Source: Candidatus Woesearchaeota archaeon (GTDB lineage: Archaea; Nanobdellota; Nanobdellia; Woesearchaeales; JAFGLG01). From it: a DNA stretch of 64,000 nt. How positions within the stretch are numbered: position 1 is the stretch's first letter; each line of letters starts with the position of its first letter. The stretch covers positions 4,134-68,133 of the forward strand of contig JAFGLG010000017.1 of assembly GCA_016928155.1 (NCBI GenBank), read 5' to 3'. A program made the position numbers and the translations under genes. The notes below the pieces were generated by a model. That model was not told the DNA's origin. It did no database searches and worked only from the letters and a program-made list of their open reading frames with translations. Positions 48,065 through 57,211 of the stretch are shown in pieces.

Positions 48065-50662
48065 TCAGACTAGTGATTGACTTGGATTTCTAATTAGATA
48101 TTGTTGCAACCAGTAGTCTTTCATTTTTGTTTTTATCAATTCCTTCGCTTCATTTTGTTTACTCGGATCAAGCTGCCATATGTTGATTGTTCTCTGCTGG
48201 TTATTGACAGAAGTTAATGCTGTTGTTCCAAGTTCAGTTCCGACCTTCTTGGCCACTGCTTGCCAGCATGCATCATCACACCATGACTCTCCTGACACCG
48301 GAATGTCTGAGTATGTTCTTTTCCACTCAGTCCCTTCTCTATGATACCATCTTGTTGGAGCCCCCTGTCCTCGCTCAAATTCTCCAAACCTCAGATCATC
48401 TCTGTGTTCATATTCATCTGCTTTTTCAGTCAAATCTGAACGTAATACAGCCGGACCTTCAAGAGTTGTAGTATCTGAATTAGATGCTGGTTGCACATCA
48501 GACGCAAAGGGTGGCAAATCACTTAATAAAGGATTTTGCAGATATTGCCGTCCAGAAATAGGGTCGAATAGTGTGGGTTGGTAGAACGGTTTGTTGCTGA
48601 ATAAATTTCTTGCATCAAATCTTACTCCATCATCCACTTGTTCATCCGCTTGTTTAGTAGCCTCATGAATTTTATTTGCAGCTTCATCTGTTGCTCCAGA
48701 TAGATCCTTTGTTGTTATGGTCTTTAGTTTATGGTCTTGTCCTACTACTCCTTGCTTTTGTTTGCCCCAAAAAGATTCTGCAATCTTTATTTCCTCACCG
48801 ATGAATATCAGGTTTTTTCCGCTAAGTGTACTGTCACTTGCAAGCTCTATGCATCTTCCTTCAATATGCGGGTTCATCTCCATCAAATCCTGGACAGTAC
48901 GTCCATAAAGGTCAGCGATCTTCTGCAATGTATCTCCCTTTTTTACCTCAACATACCCCCTTTCAAAGGCATCGTCAGTATCATCACCAGTCTGCTGTGG
49001 AACTACCGCTTCAATATGATCCGAACCCACAAGGGCATTGGATGTTTGTTGTGCCTGAGGTTGAAGGATAAGTGGTACTGTTGTATCTTGGTTGTGGGCT
49101 GTGTCATCCAAAATTTTGACAGATGGTGCATTTTTCTCAGTAACTATTACAACTTTTGGAGTTTCAACCGTGGTTGTAGAATCGCCTTGATTTGTTGGAT
49201 TAGCCACAGGTATTTCTCGTGTAACAGATGAATCTGATATTGGATTCTTTAATTCTGAAACTTTGCCTATATCATTTTGGGTATGTATACACTTACCATA
49301 ATTGATATTATATGTAACACTATAATCAAAAAAAATTTGGGGCCCTTGTATACTAAATTTGGATTGTGGGGTTTGTGTTTCATCATAATTAATAAAAATA
49401 TCAGATTCGATATTTGGAGAATCACCAACTTTTATCCGTAGAGGCCTACGGTTATCATCACCTGCAAGTAAATCACTTCTTGACAAAGTGATCAAGTTAT
49501 AAGGGACACCATTTTCAACATAATTGACCATACTAGTATCACTAACAGAGGGGAATATTATTTGTTCAACTTTATTATCCTGAAATGAGAGCTCATGTTC
49601 GGAATAAACGTTATAATGACCATCTTTATAGGGAAAATTGGATCTTTGACCACTTATACTATTAGGTTTCCCATCATGAAAAGCTAATCTTGCCATTCCA
49701 AGTGTGATAATGCCTGTATCACCATACTCGCACTTAACATTTAAATTTGGATCATCACTTCCTACAGAAATACGATTAATAGCAACATAATCGTCGTGAA
49801 GGTTGATCCTAAAAGGGCCCACAAATTCCTCGCTCTGGGTTGTAGGTAGGGGCCAAGATGTATCTGAAGTTGTATCTTTGGAAATGGCAATATCAAAGTC
49901 TTTATAATGTAAAATACCTGATTTTATAGATGAAACATAATAACTATTTTCTTTTCTACTAAATCTTACAGCTTCCCCGCTATGGACAGTATAAGTCAAA
50001 TCTCCCAATGTAATAACTCTACCTGAGCTTTCCAAATTCTTCAAACTAGAAATAATTACAGATTTAGAGGGGTCTACACTTATGGTGCTGCCGACAAGAT
50101 CGCCTGAAACTTTGACACCATCAATACTTAATTCTTCATTATTATATTCCACTGAAACCTCCTTCACACCAGAATAAGAAAAAAGAACATCTTTATCATT
50201 ATAGGTAATTTTTTCTGATCCACCAGTATTCGAAAATTGGACATTTGAGATAACTAAGATGCTATTTTTATTAGTTATGCGAAACTTATTATTTCCAATA
50301 GCTGAGACTGACTCTGCTTTCACTTTATTCAGATCAAGCGTGTTCTTCCCGTTTGTCACAACCCCATTTTGGACTGTGACTGAGCTCGCTCCATCAAGTT
50401 TCAGGGGCATCCCATTGTATTTTGCATTTGTTTTCAGTACTACTTGATTGTTTCCGAAACTACTGAGTTCTGGTTCCCCGCCAGTCACTGTAAAGACATT
50501 ATCAGCAAATGTTCCGCTTAATCCTTTGCATACATCAGATGAAGCCCTGGTTTCACATTCTGTTTGAAAAACCTGCTCCTCGTCTGTTTCCTCAACAGGT
50601 GGATCTTGAGCAACCACTCCAGCTACCAAGAGCAAAAGGACCAGCAGTATTATCTTCTTCAT
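48065..50662 (-). CDS. large secreted LysM-domain protein, paralog of 42692..45448
   Basis: Signal peptide MKKIILLVLLLLVAGVVAQ. LysM motif YVEVKKGDTLQKIADLYGRTVQDLMEMNP. Confidence 0.55.
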   Translation of the reverse strand: MKKIILLVLLLLVAGVVAQDPPVEETDEEQVFQTECETRASSDVCKGLSGTFADNVFTVTGGEPELSSFGNNQVVLKTNAKYNGMPLKLDGASSVTVQNGVVTNGKNTLDLNKVKAESVSAIGNNKFRITNKNSILVISNVQFSNTGGSEKITYNDKDVLFSYSGVKEVSVEYNNEELSIDGVKVSGDLVGSTISVDPSKSVIISSLKNLESSGRVITLGDLTYTVHSGEAVRFSRKENSYYVSSIKSGILHYKDFDIAISKDTTSDTSWPLPTTQSEEFVGPFRINLHDDYVAINRISVGSDDPNLNVKCEYGDTGIITLGMARLAFHDGKPNSISGQRSNFPYKDGHYNVYSEHELSFQDNKVEQIIFPSVSDTSMVNYVENGVPYNLITLSRSDLLAGDDNRRPLRIKVGDSPNIESDIFINYDETQTPQSKFSIQGPQIFFDYSVTYNINYGKCIHTQNDIGKVSELKNPISDSSVTREIPVANPTNQGDSTTTVETPKVVIVTEKNAPSVKILDDTAHNQDTTVPLILQPQAQQTSNALVGSDHIEAVVPQQTGDDTDDAFERGYVEVKKGDTLQKIADLYGRTVQDLMEMNPHIEGRCIELASDSTLSGKNLIFIGEEIKIAESFWGKQKQGVVGQDHKLKTITTKDLSGATDEAANKIHEATKQADEQVDDGVRFDARNLFSNKPFYQPTLFDPISGRQYLQNPLLSDLPPFASDVQPASNSDTTTLEGPAVLRSDLTEKADEYEHRDDLRFGEFERGQGAPTRWYHREGTEWKRTYSDIPVSGESWCDDACWQAVAKKVGTELGTTALTSVNNQQRTINIWQLDPSKQNEAKELIKTKMKDYWLQQYLIRNPSQSLV

Positions 50663-51684
50663 CTTGTCACCGTGAATTTTATCATTTTCCAGTTTGTTGC
50701 ATTGAGTTCATCAACAACTGACAGGTTCACATCATACACACCTGTGACAGTTGGCGTGAAATTGATGAATCCTGAGTATCTTCCCACTGGCAGTGCTGGA
50801 TTGTCTGAAAAGAACTCGAAAGAGTCATAGTCTGCGTCAAAGCTTTCTATCTCATAGTAGAACGTCTCATTCACCTTTGCTTCCATGTCCTCGATGGGTA
50901 ATGTGGGCGGGTTGTTCATTGGGCTTGTCTTTGTCGAAAACAGGAACATGTAAGGCACCCCTCCGTCACTCAGTAGGCTCTTGTCCTGCACTACATATGT
51001 CACGATTGTCCCGTATGACAGCGTGTCTATCTGGAGGTCATGCTTTGCAGACATTTCTAATATTGTAGAGGTGGGGGTGTATCTTGGATCCTTTATGACC
51101 TCAAGGACTATTTCCTTCGCTGCATCTATTATGTTTAGCATCCTGGCTTGTTGAACATATTCGAATTCCTCATAGCTCTTCACAGCATCCCCTTTCTTTA
51201 TTTCAAGAGGATATCTTATCTTGAATATGATGTTCTTAATCCCGACTTCAACATCGGCTGTGACATTTGGCTCATTGAATGAGTATCCCATCATCTTGTA
51301 GTTCCTGAAGCCCTGCAGGCAATAAGGGAATGCCTCTTCGATTGCCTCTGATAGTTCGCGCTCAAGGTCTGTCTTATTCACCAGTCCGACATATCCCTCA
51401 AAATAGAAATAGGGTATATCTGAATATATTGATTTGAAATGCAGCGGGGGCAGGGTATAATATCCTCCTTTAAGCCCCATAGAGAAGAATTGCGTCTCAG
51501 CAACATCCTCGACGCATTTCTGTGTGAGCATCCTTATCTGCTCGAAGTCTGTCACCCTTGCCTGCTCCACTGTCATCTCAATCTCTCCCTTGTGTCTCAG
51601 GGCTGTCATGTAGATGACCAGGCTCACTATCATCAGGATTACTATGCCGAGAACTATGAATACTGTGACCTGGCCTCTTTTCAT
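50659..51684 (-). CDS. pilin-like protein with class III signal peptide, paralog of 45445..46470
   Basis: MKRG|QVTVFIVLGIVILMIVSLVIY. 341 aa, collinear with its paralog along the whole length. Confidence 0.4.
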   Translation of the reverse strand: MKRGQVTVFIVLGIVILMIVSLVIYMTALRHKGEIEMTVEQARVTDFEQIRMLTQKCVEDVAETQFFSMGLKGGYYTLPPLHFKSIYSDIPYFYFEGYVGLVNKTDLERELSEAIEEAFPYCLQGFRNYKMMGYSFNEPNVTADVEVGIKNIIFKIRYPLEIKKGDAVKSYEEFEYVQQARMLNIIDAAKEIVLEVIKDPRYTPTSTILEMSAKHDLQIDTLSYGTIVTYVVQDKSLLSDGGVPYMFLFSTKTSPMNNPPTLPIEDMEAKVNETFYYEIESFDADYDSFEFFSDNPALPVGRYSGFINFTPTVTGVYDVNLSVVDELNATNWKMIKFTVTR

Positions 51685-51753
51685 CAGATATGCTAATCAG
51701 AAATGTATTTATAAATTTTATGTAATATCATATATTAATAGCCATCATTTTGC
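51661..51753. repeat. second copy of the duplicated promoter/5' block
   Basis: See 46441..46543. Confidence 0.8.
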
Positions 51754-51834
51754 CCAGCAGACTCCATATGACATATATTTCGTTATATTTAAATATAGGT
51801 TTACTGATGAAAACCTCAAACAGGGGGTGTTGAA

Positions 51835-52383
51835 ATGTCAACTTTATGGATTGTGCTTATCATTGCTGCAGTGATCATCCTTTATGTGATCTATGTCTTC
51901 AACAGCATGATAACTCTGAAGAACCGTGTCCAGAATTCTTGGGGCCAGATCGATGTGCAATTGAAGAGAAGATATGACCTGATCCCGAACTTGGTCGAGA
52001 CTGTCAAGGGCTATGCCAAGCATGAGAAAGAGACTCTTGACATGGTCACAAAGGCCAGGGCAGGATTGATGAAAGGTGGCATGCAGGAAAGAGCAAAGGC
52101 CTCTGACATGATAACTAATGCCTTGAAGTCCTTGTTCGCTGTCGCTGAGTCTTATCCTGACCTGAAGGCCAATCAGAACTTCCTGATGCTTCAGGAGGAA
52201 TTAGCAGGCACTGAGTCCAAGATCGCTTATGCCAGGCAGTTCTATAATGATATGGTGATGAAGTTCAACACAAAGCTTGAGAAGTTCCCTACGAACATGG
52301 TCGGCAAGATGCTCAACTTCGCATCCAAGGAATATTTCAAGACAGAGGGTGTTGAGCGGGAAGCTGTCAAGGTCAAGTTTTGA
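51835..52383 (+). CDS. LemA-family protein
   Basis: N-terminal transmembrane helix plus RYDLIPNLVETVKGYAKHEKETL. Confidence 0.7.
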   Translation: MSTLWIVLIIAAVIILYVIYVFNSMITLKNRVQNSWGQIDVQLKRRYDLIPNLVETVKGYAKHEKETLDMVTKARAGLMKGGMQERAKASDMITNALKSLFAVAESYPDLKANQNFLMLQEELAGTESKIAYARQFYNDMVMKFNTKLEKFPTNMVGKMLNFASKEYFKTEGVEREAVKVKF

Positions 52384-52396
52384 TTAAGGAATCAAG

Positions 52397-53284
52397 ATGT
52401 ATGAGGCAATTTCAGCCAACAAGAGGAACTCAGTCATCCTGATAATCCTCTTCATTCTTTTTATTTCTGCTCTTGGTTATTTCTTCGGGATATATATCGG
52501 CGATATATACATCGGCGTCTTCATCGCTGCCTTCATCTCCATAATCTATGCAGTGATAATGTATTTCACAGGCGACAGGATGATCCTTACCCTGTCAAGG
52601 GCAAAGCCTGTGACAAAGCAGGAATATCCTCATCTCTTCCACACAGTGGAAGGTCTTGCAATTGCTGCAGGCATCCCGACCCCCAAGCTCTACATCATCG
52701 ATGATACTGCAATCAATGCCTTTGCGACTGGCCGGAGCCCTGAGCATGCTGCCATTACAGTCACAAAAGGATGCATAGACAAGCTCAACAGGACTGAGCT
52801 TGAAGGGGTCATTGCTCATGAGATGTCCCATATCAAGAATTATGATATCAGGATCATGATGCTTACTGTCATCATGGTCGGCATTGCCTTGCTCCTCTCA
52901 GATTTCATCCTGCGCTCTTTCCTGTGGGGCGGTGGCAGGAAACGCGAGTCCGGAGGTTCTGCTGGTGCTATCCTTATCGTGCTTGGCCTTGTGCTTGCAC
53001 TCCTCACACCATTGATTGCTGAGCTCATGAAGCTTGCCATATCAAGAAAGAGAGAATATTTGGCAGATGCTGACGGCGCTTTATTGACAAGATACCCGCC
53101 AGGCCTGGCCGATGCCCTGAAGAAGATCAGGGATGACAATGAGCCATTGGTGGAAGCTGCAAATAAGGCGACAGCCCATCTTTTCATCGAGAATCCTCTG
53201 AAGAAAAAGAAAGGTAAAGTGAAATCTTTGTTCTCCACTCATCCTGACATCAATGACAGGATAAAGAGATTGGAAGCGATGTAA
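52397..53284 (+). CDS. htpX: M48-family zinc metalloprotease (HtpX-like)
   Basis: HExxH motif HEMSHIKNYD. REYLADADGA (EYxAD) is also present. Transmembrane helices are predicted. Confidence 0.75.
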   Translation: MYEAISANKRNSVILIILFILFISALGYFFGIYIGDIYIGVFIAAFISIIYAVIMYFTGDRMILTLSRAKPVTKQEYPHLFHTVEGLAIAAGIPTPKLYIIDDTAINAFATGRSPEHAAITVTKGCIDKLNRTELEGVIAHEMSHIKNYDIRIMMLTVIMVGIALLLSDFILRSFLWGGGRKRESGGSAGAILIVLGLVLALLTPLIAELMKLAISRKREYLADADGALLTRYPPGLADALKKIRDDNEPLVEAANKATAHLFIENPLKKKKGKVKSLFSTHPDINDRIKRLEAM

Positions 53285-53285
53285 G

Positions 53286-53420
53286 TTATTCAATTACCTC
53301 TGTGACTACTCCAGCCCCTACTGTCCTGCCACCTTCTCTTATTGCGAATTGACCCACTGCATTGCCCTGCTCGTCTACCAGAATCACTTCTTCAGTCTCC
53401 TCGGCAAATGTTCCACTATA
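53286..53420 (-). pseudogene. relic of a bacterial-type EF-Tu C-terminal domain (no start codon)
   Basis: The minus-strand frame reads ...[41 protein letters not shown] followed by a stop. [15 protein letters not shown] is the hallmark EF-Tu C-terminus. The frame has a stop upstream and no in-frame Met. Confidence 0.4.
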
Positions 53421-53480
53421 GTGAGGCAGACTATTGCAACTATAGCGATGATTGACACGAAGGTTATGAAAAGATTATCA

Positions 53481-53966
53481 TTAATTTTGAACACCCGATT
53501 TATAATCAAATTTAGTTTCGATATTAGTAATTGGCTTCTTTGCCGTCAACCCAGCCAGATTCTCTTCCTCAACACCAGCTTCTCTGGGATATGTAAGCTC
53601 TAGCTTGTCCACGATTATGTATATCCCGATGCTGTCCGGAAGGTTGTCTGAAAGATGCTGGTGCGCAACAACCATCAGCTCTGGAGAGACTGCTGCATGA
53701 TAGAATGTGACTTTTATCTTGCCATTGCTAACTGATGAGACGACTGATGGATTGCTGACTCCTGCTTTGCTTAGCGCAGCCAGTCCTGTCTCTTTCATCA
53801 TCTGCTCTGTTTCATAGAGGCCGCCTGCAGTTGCCTGCCCTGATAGGTCTGCACCGATGATTGGCGCCCTGACTTTCTGGACAATCATGACAAGTGCCAC
53901 AATGCTTACTATGACAAGTATTGCTAGCATTGCTCCTTTTTGGGAAGTATCATTCTTTTTTTCCAT
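53481..53966 (-). CDS. hypothetical membrane-anchored protein
   Basis: N-terminal transmembrane helix AMLAILVIVSIVALVMIV. 161 aa. Confidence 0.3.
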   Translation of the reverse strand: MEKKNDTSQKGAMLAILVIVSIVALVMIVQKVRAPIIGADLSGQATAGGLYETEQMMKETGLAALSKAGVSNPSVVSSVSNGKIKVTFYHAAVSPELMVVAHQHLSDNLPDSIGIYIIVDKLELTYPREAGVEEENLAGLTAKKPITNIETKFDYKSGVQN

Positions 53967-54438
53967 ATGACCACCTTTTTATGAACATCTGTCGCTTTAT
54001 GTTTTAAATGTTTTACTATGGACAATTTATTTATTTTCTATATAAACAATAATTAACAAATATATATAAATTATCACTATTAAGTGACAAAAATAAGAAA
54101 GGTTTATATACTCAGACATCTTAAGATAGGATACGAAAAGCAACAGAAAAGGAGGTCAGAAAATGCTACAGAACCTGAGAAATTCCTGCACGAGCAGAAG
54201 AAGAAAGAGATGAACAAGGATGTCTTCATCAAGAGCACTGTTCTGACCAGTCAAGGCATTAATCTTGAGCAGTCAAGAGCCCACTGAAAATGAAGAAAGA
54301 CAAGAATCCAGAGATGAAGCTGACAGTGATCATATCCTCATCTTACACTCCAAGATATGAAAAGATCTCAAAAGAGTATATACATGATTATATTATATAA
54401 CCATAACAATTTAATATTTACTCTGTTCTCAAGAATAC

Positions 54439-55440
54439 ATGAAGTATATAAGATGGTTCAGGGATCTGGGAAAAAGCGACATCCCGACAGTTGGCGGAAA
54501 AGGCGCTAACCTCGGTGAGATGTTCAATGTTGGCCTGCCGATACCTGATGGTTTCTGCGTGACAGCCCAGGCTTATGAAGAATTCATCCAGAAGAACAAT
54601 CTCGCTCCTGAGATGACATCGATTCTCAGTTCCTTGGATGTCGAGGATACTGAGAAGCTTCAGCAGGCTTCGGCTAAGATAGAGAAGCTCATTCTCTCAA
54701 AGCAAATTCCGGATGATATGAAAGATGATATCATCAGGTCTTACAGAAACCTTGGAGGATTTGTCGCTGTAAGAAGCAGCGCAACTGCAGAAGACCTGCC
54801 GACTGCTTCTTTTGCAGGCCAGCAGGCCACTTTCCTAAATATAAAGGGCAATGAAGAAGTCATCAAAGCTGTCAGGGAGTGCTGGGCATCTCTGTTCACT
54901 GCAAGAGCGATTTATTATAGGGACAAGAACAATTTTGACCACATGAAAGTCCTTATCTCAGTCGTCATCCAGAAGATGGTCAACTCAGACAAGGCTGGCG
55001 TGATGTTCTCAGTCAATCCGGTCACTAATGATGACAGAGAGATCATCATCGAAGGCAGCTATGGATTGGGTGAGGCTGTTGTCTCTGGCTCTGTCAATCC
55101 TGACTCTTATATTATTAACAAGTCCAGCGGCAAGGTCACGAGCGAGAACATAGCATCTAAGACTTGGGGTTATTTCAAGGATCAGAATGGAGCAACAATA
55201 AAGAAAGATATCCCTGAATTTGATCAAGAAAAAAGGCTATTGTCAGATTCTGAGCTCAAGCAGCTGCTCGATTATGCCCTTCTTGTCGAGAAGCATTATG
55301 ATTTCCCGCAGGACATGGAGTGGGCCATCGAAGGTGATAAGGTATTCCTCACCCAGGCAAGGCCTGTCACGACCTTCAAGCCCAAGAAAGACCAGCCGAA
55401 GATAGACAACCCGCAGAAGAAGCCAAGGCTGGATCTGTAG
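54439..55440 (+). CDS. stand-alone PEP-utilising-enzyme N-terminal (PPDK_N/PEP synthase ATP-grasp) domain protein
   Basis: VGGKGANLGEM...GLPIPDGFCVTAQAY. Only 333 aa, with no phospho-His or PEP-binding domains. Confidence 0.65.
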   Translation: MKYIRWFRDLGKSDIPTVGGKGANLGEMFNVGLPIPDGFCVTAQAYEEFIQKNNLAPEMTSILSSLDVEDTEKLQQASAKIEKLILSKQIPDDMKDDIIRSYRNLGGFVAVRSSATAEDLPTASFAGQQATFLNIKGNEEVIKAVRECWASLFTARAIYYRDKNNFDHMKVLISVVIQKMVNSDKAGVMFSVNPVTNDDREIIIEGSYGLGEAVVSGSVNPDSYIINKSSGKVTSENIASKTWGYFKDQNGATIKKDIPEFDQEKRLLSDSELKQLLDYALLVEKHYDFPQDMEWAIEGDKVFLTQARPVTTFKPKKDQPKIDNPQKKPRLDL

Positions 55441-55491
55441 TCAGATTTCTTTTGAGAAACATTTAAATAACTTAAGCAGTAATTTATTACT

Positions 55492-55887
55492 ATGAATAAT
55501 CCTGATTTGCAGGAAGTTATTAGGAATAGTCCGGTGGTTATACACCCTGGACGTTATGCTTATTTACAGGGTAAAGAAACCACTATCAAAGAACATTTCT
55601 TAATCTGTAAAGATGATGATGAAATCACCATAGTGACAGAAGAGGCTAACATTGGTGGAACTGACTATGTTAAGGATGTAAAATGGTTCAAACTTTTTGA
55701 ATTCAAAGTATCAATCCCCTTTCTAGCACCTGGATTTCTTGCAAAAATATCTTCTGCAGTTGCAGAAAATAATATCAATATATTGTTCGTATCAACTTTC
55801 TCTAAAGATTATGCCCTCTTTAAAGAGGAGGATTATAAAAACGCCATGACAATACTGCAAAAGGTTGGATTTTCATTCATTGAATAG
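55492..55887 (+). CDS. small ACT-like domain protein
   Basis: Weak ACT-like pattern (ISSAVAENNINILFVSTF). 131 aa. Confidence 0.25.
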   Translation: MNNPDLQEVIRNSPVVIHPGRYAYLQGKETTIKEHFLICKDDDEITIVTEEANIGGTDYVKDVKWFKLFEFKVSIPFLAPGFLAKISSAVAENNINILFVSTFSKDYALFKEEDYKNAMTILQKVGFSFIE

Positions 55888-55891
55888 GTAT

Positions 55892-57115
55892 TCACTTCAG
55901 CATATGATCGGCTTCTTCCTTGTCCAGGTCAAAATAATCAGCAAATGATGTTAAGAATTCTTTGTCTTTTCTCTTTGACCTCATCATGCTGCGGACAAAT
56001 GGATATATCTCCTGCAGCGCATCCTTTGTGCCTGTATGGCACTTTTCGCCGATCTTGCCTGATATGGCTTTCTTCTTGAGGTTCTTCTGTTTTGCTATCC
56101 ATAACTTGAGTATCCTCTGTGTCGGCCCGTAGCTGACTTGGTCTTTGTATTTCTCTTGCTTGCTCACAGCAACTCCTGAACTCAGGAATGAATTGATATA
56201 CACAAGGAACCTCCAGTGCTGCCATCTTCTTATCCTCCCCCTGAAAACATCTGCCTGGCTGACGAAATCATATGCTGCTGCGAGGTCATCAGCCCTGGTG
56301 TATTCTTTTGGCAGGTTCTCATCGACCCAGAAGAATATCTTGTCCAGATCCTCATCAAGATTGTCAAATGCGTGGTTTGTCACTTTGAGGTCCTTGCTCT
56401 TGAACACTTTTACAAGTGCATTGTTGATCGTCTCTACCTTCTCTCTCTGCGAGAGCGTGTCAACCTCATCCATGCCTATCTTTCCATGCATCTGGTACAA
56501 TGTCTGCAGGTCATTTATTGCTGCCCTTGCATCCCCGCCAGCACGTCGCGCCAATGATTTAAGTGCATGGTCATCATAAGCTACTTTCTCTTCTTTCGCT
56601 ATCCTCTCGAGTATCAGGGATATCTCTTTATACCCCAGGTCAGCGAACTCGACAAGCATGCATTTCTTCCTGAGTGTGCTGAATTTCTGGTCCCAGATGT
56701 TGTTCGCAGACAATATCATCGGGAATTTTGTCTCGGCTATCAGGTCAGTTATAGCACTCAGCCCGCCCCTGTCCTCCCTGCCTGCAACGCCGTCGACTTC
56801 ATCCACGAATATTATCTTCCCTGAGCTGAACAGGCTCATCTGCTTTACAGCATTGCCCAGCACGCTCTCTATCTGGTCTTTGTTCCTGAAGTCTGATGCA
56901 TTGACCTCTATTAACTCAAGATCCATCTCAGATGCAAGTGCATATACCGAGCTCGTCTTCCCGCATCCTGTCGGTCCGTGGATGAGGACTGCCTTCTTCT
57001 GTTTCCTGTGGATCTTCACGAATTCCCCGAGTGTCTTGATGGCTCCCTCTTGCCCGATGACATCCTTGGGCTTCCTTGGTTCATATTTCTTGATCCATGG
57101 TGTTGTGCTTTTCAT
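55892..57115 (-). CDS. rfcL: replication factor C large subunit
   Basis: PWIKKYEP...VIGQE. Walker A LIHGPTGCGKTS. VNASDFRN. The DRGG motif is typical of RfcL. PMILSAN is also present. Confidence 0.8.
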   Translation of the reverse strand: MKSTTPWIKKYEPRKPKDVIGQEGAIKTLGEFVKIHRKQKKAVLIHGPTGCGKTSSVYALASEMDLELIEVNASDFRNKDQIESVLGNAVKQMSLFSSGKIIFVDEVDGVAGREDRGGLSAITDLIAETKFPMILSANNIWDQKFSTLRKKCMLVEFADLGYKEISLILERIAKEEKVAYDDHALKSLARRAGGDARAAINDLQTLYQMHGKIGMDEVDTLSQREKVETINNALVKVFKSKDLKVTNHAFDNLDEDLDKIFFWVDENLPKEYTRADDLAAAYDFVSQADVFRGRIRRWQHWRFLVYINSFLSSGVAVSKQEKYKDQVSYGPTQRILKLWIAKQKNLKKKAISGKIGEKCHTGTKDALQEIYPFVRSMMRSKRKDKEFLTSFADYFDLDKEEADHMLK

Positions 57116-57211
57116 TGCTTAATCCATTTCCAGCTTGGTTTATTAATTTGACGCGAATATGGCCAGTGCATTCAAAAGATTTAAAAAAGCCCCATATTTC
57201 ACAATTCATTC

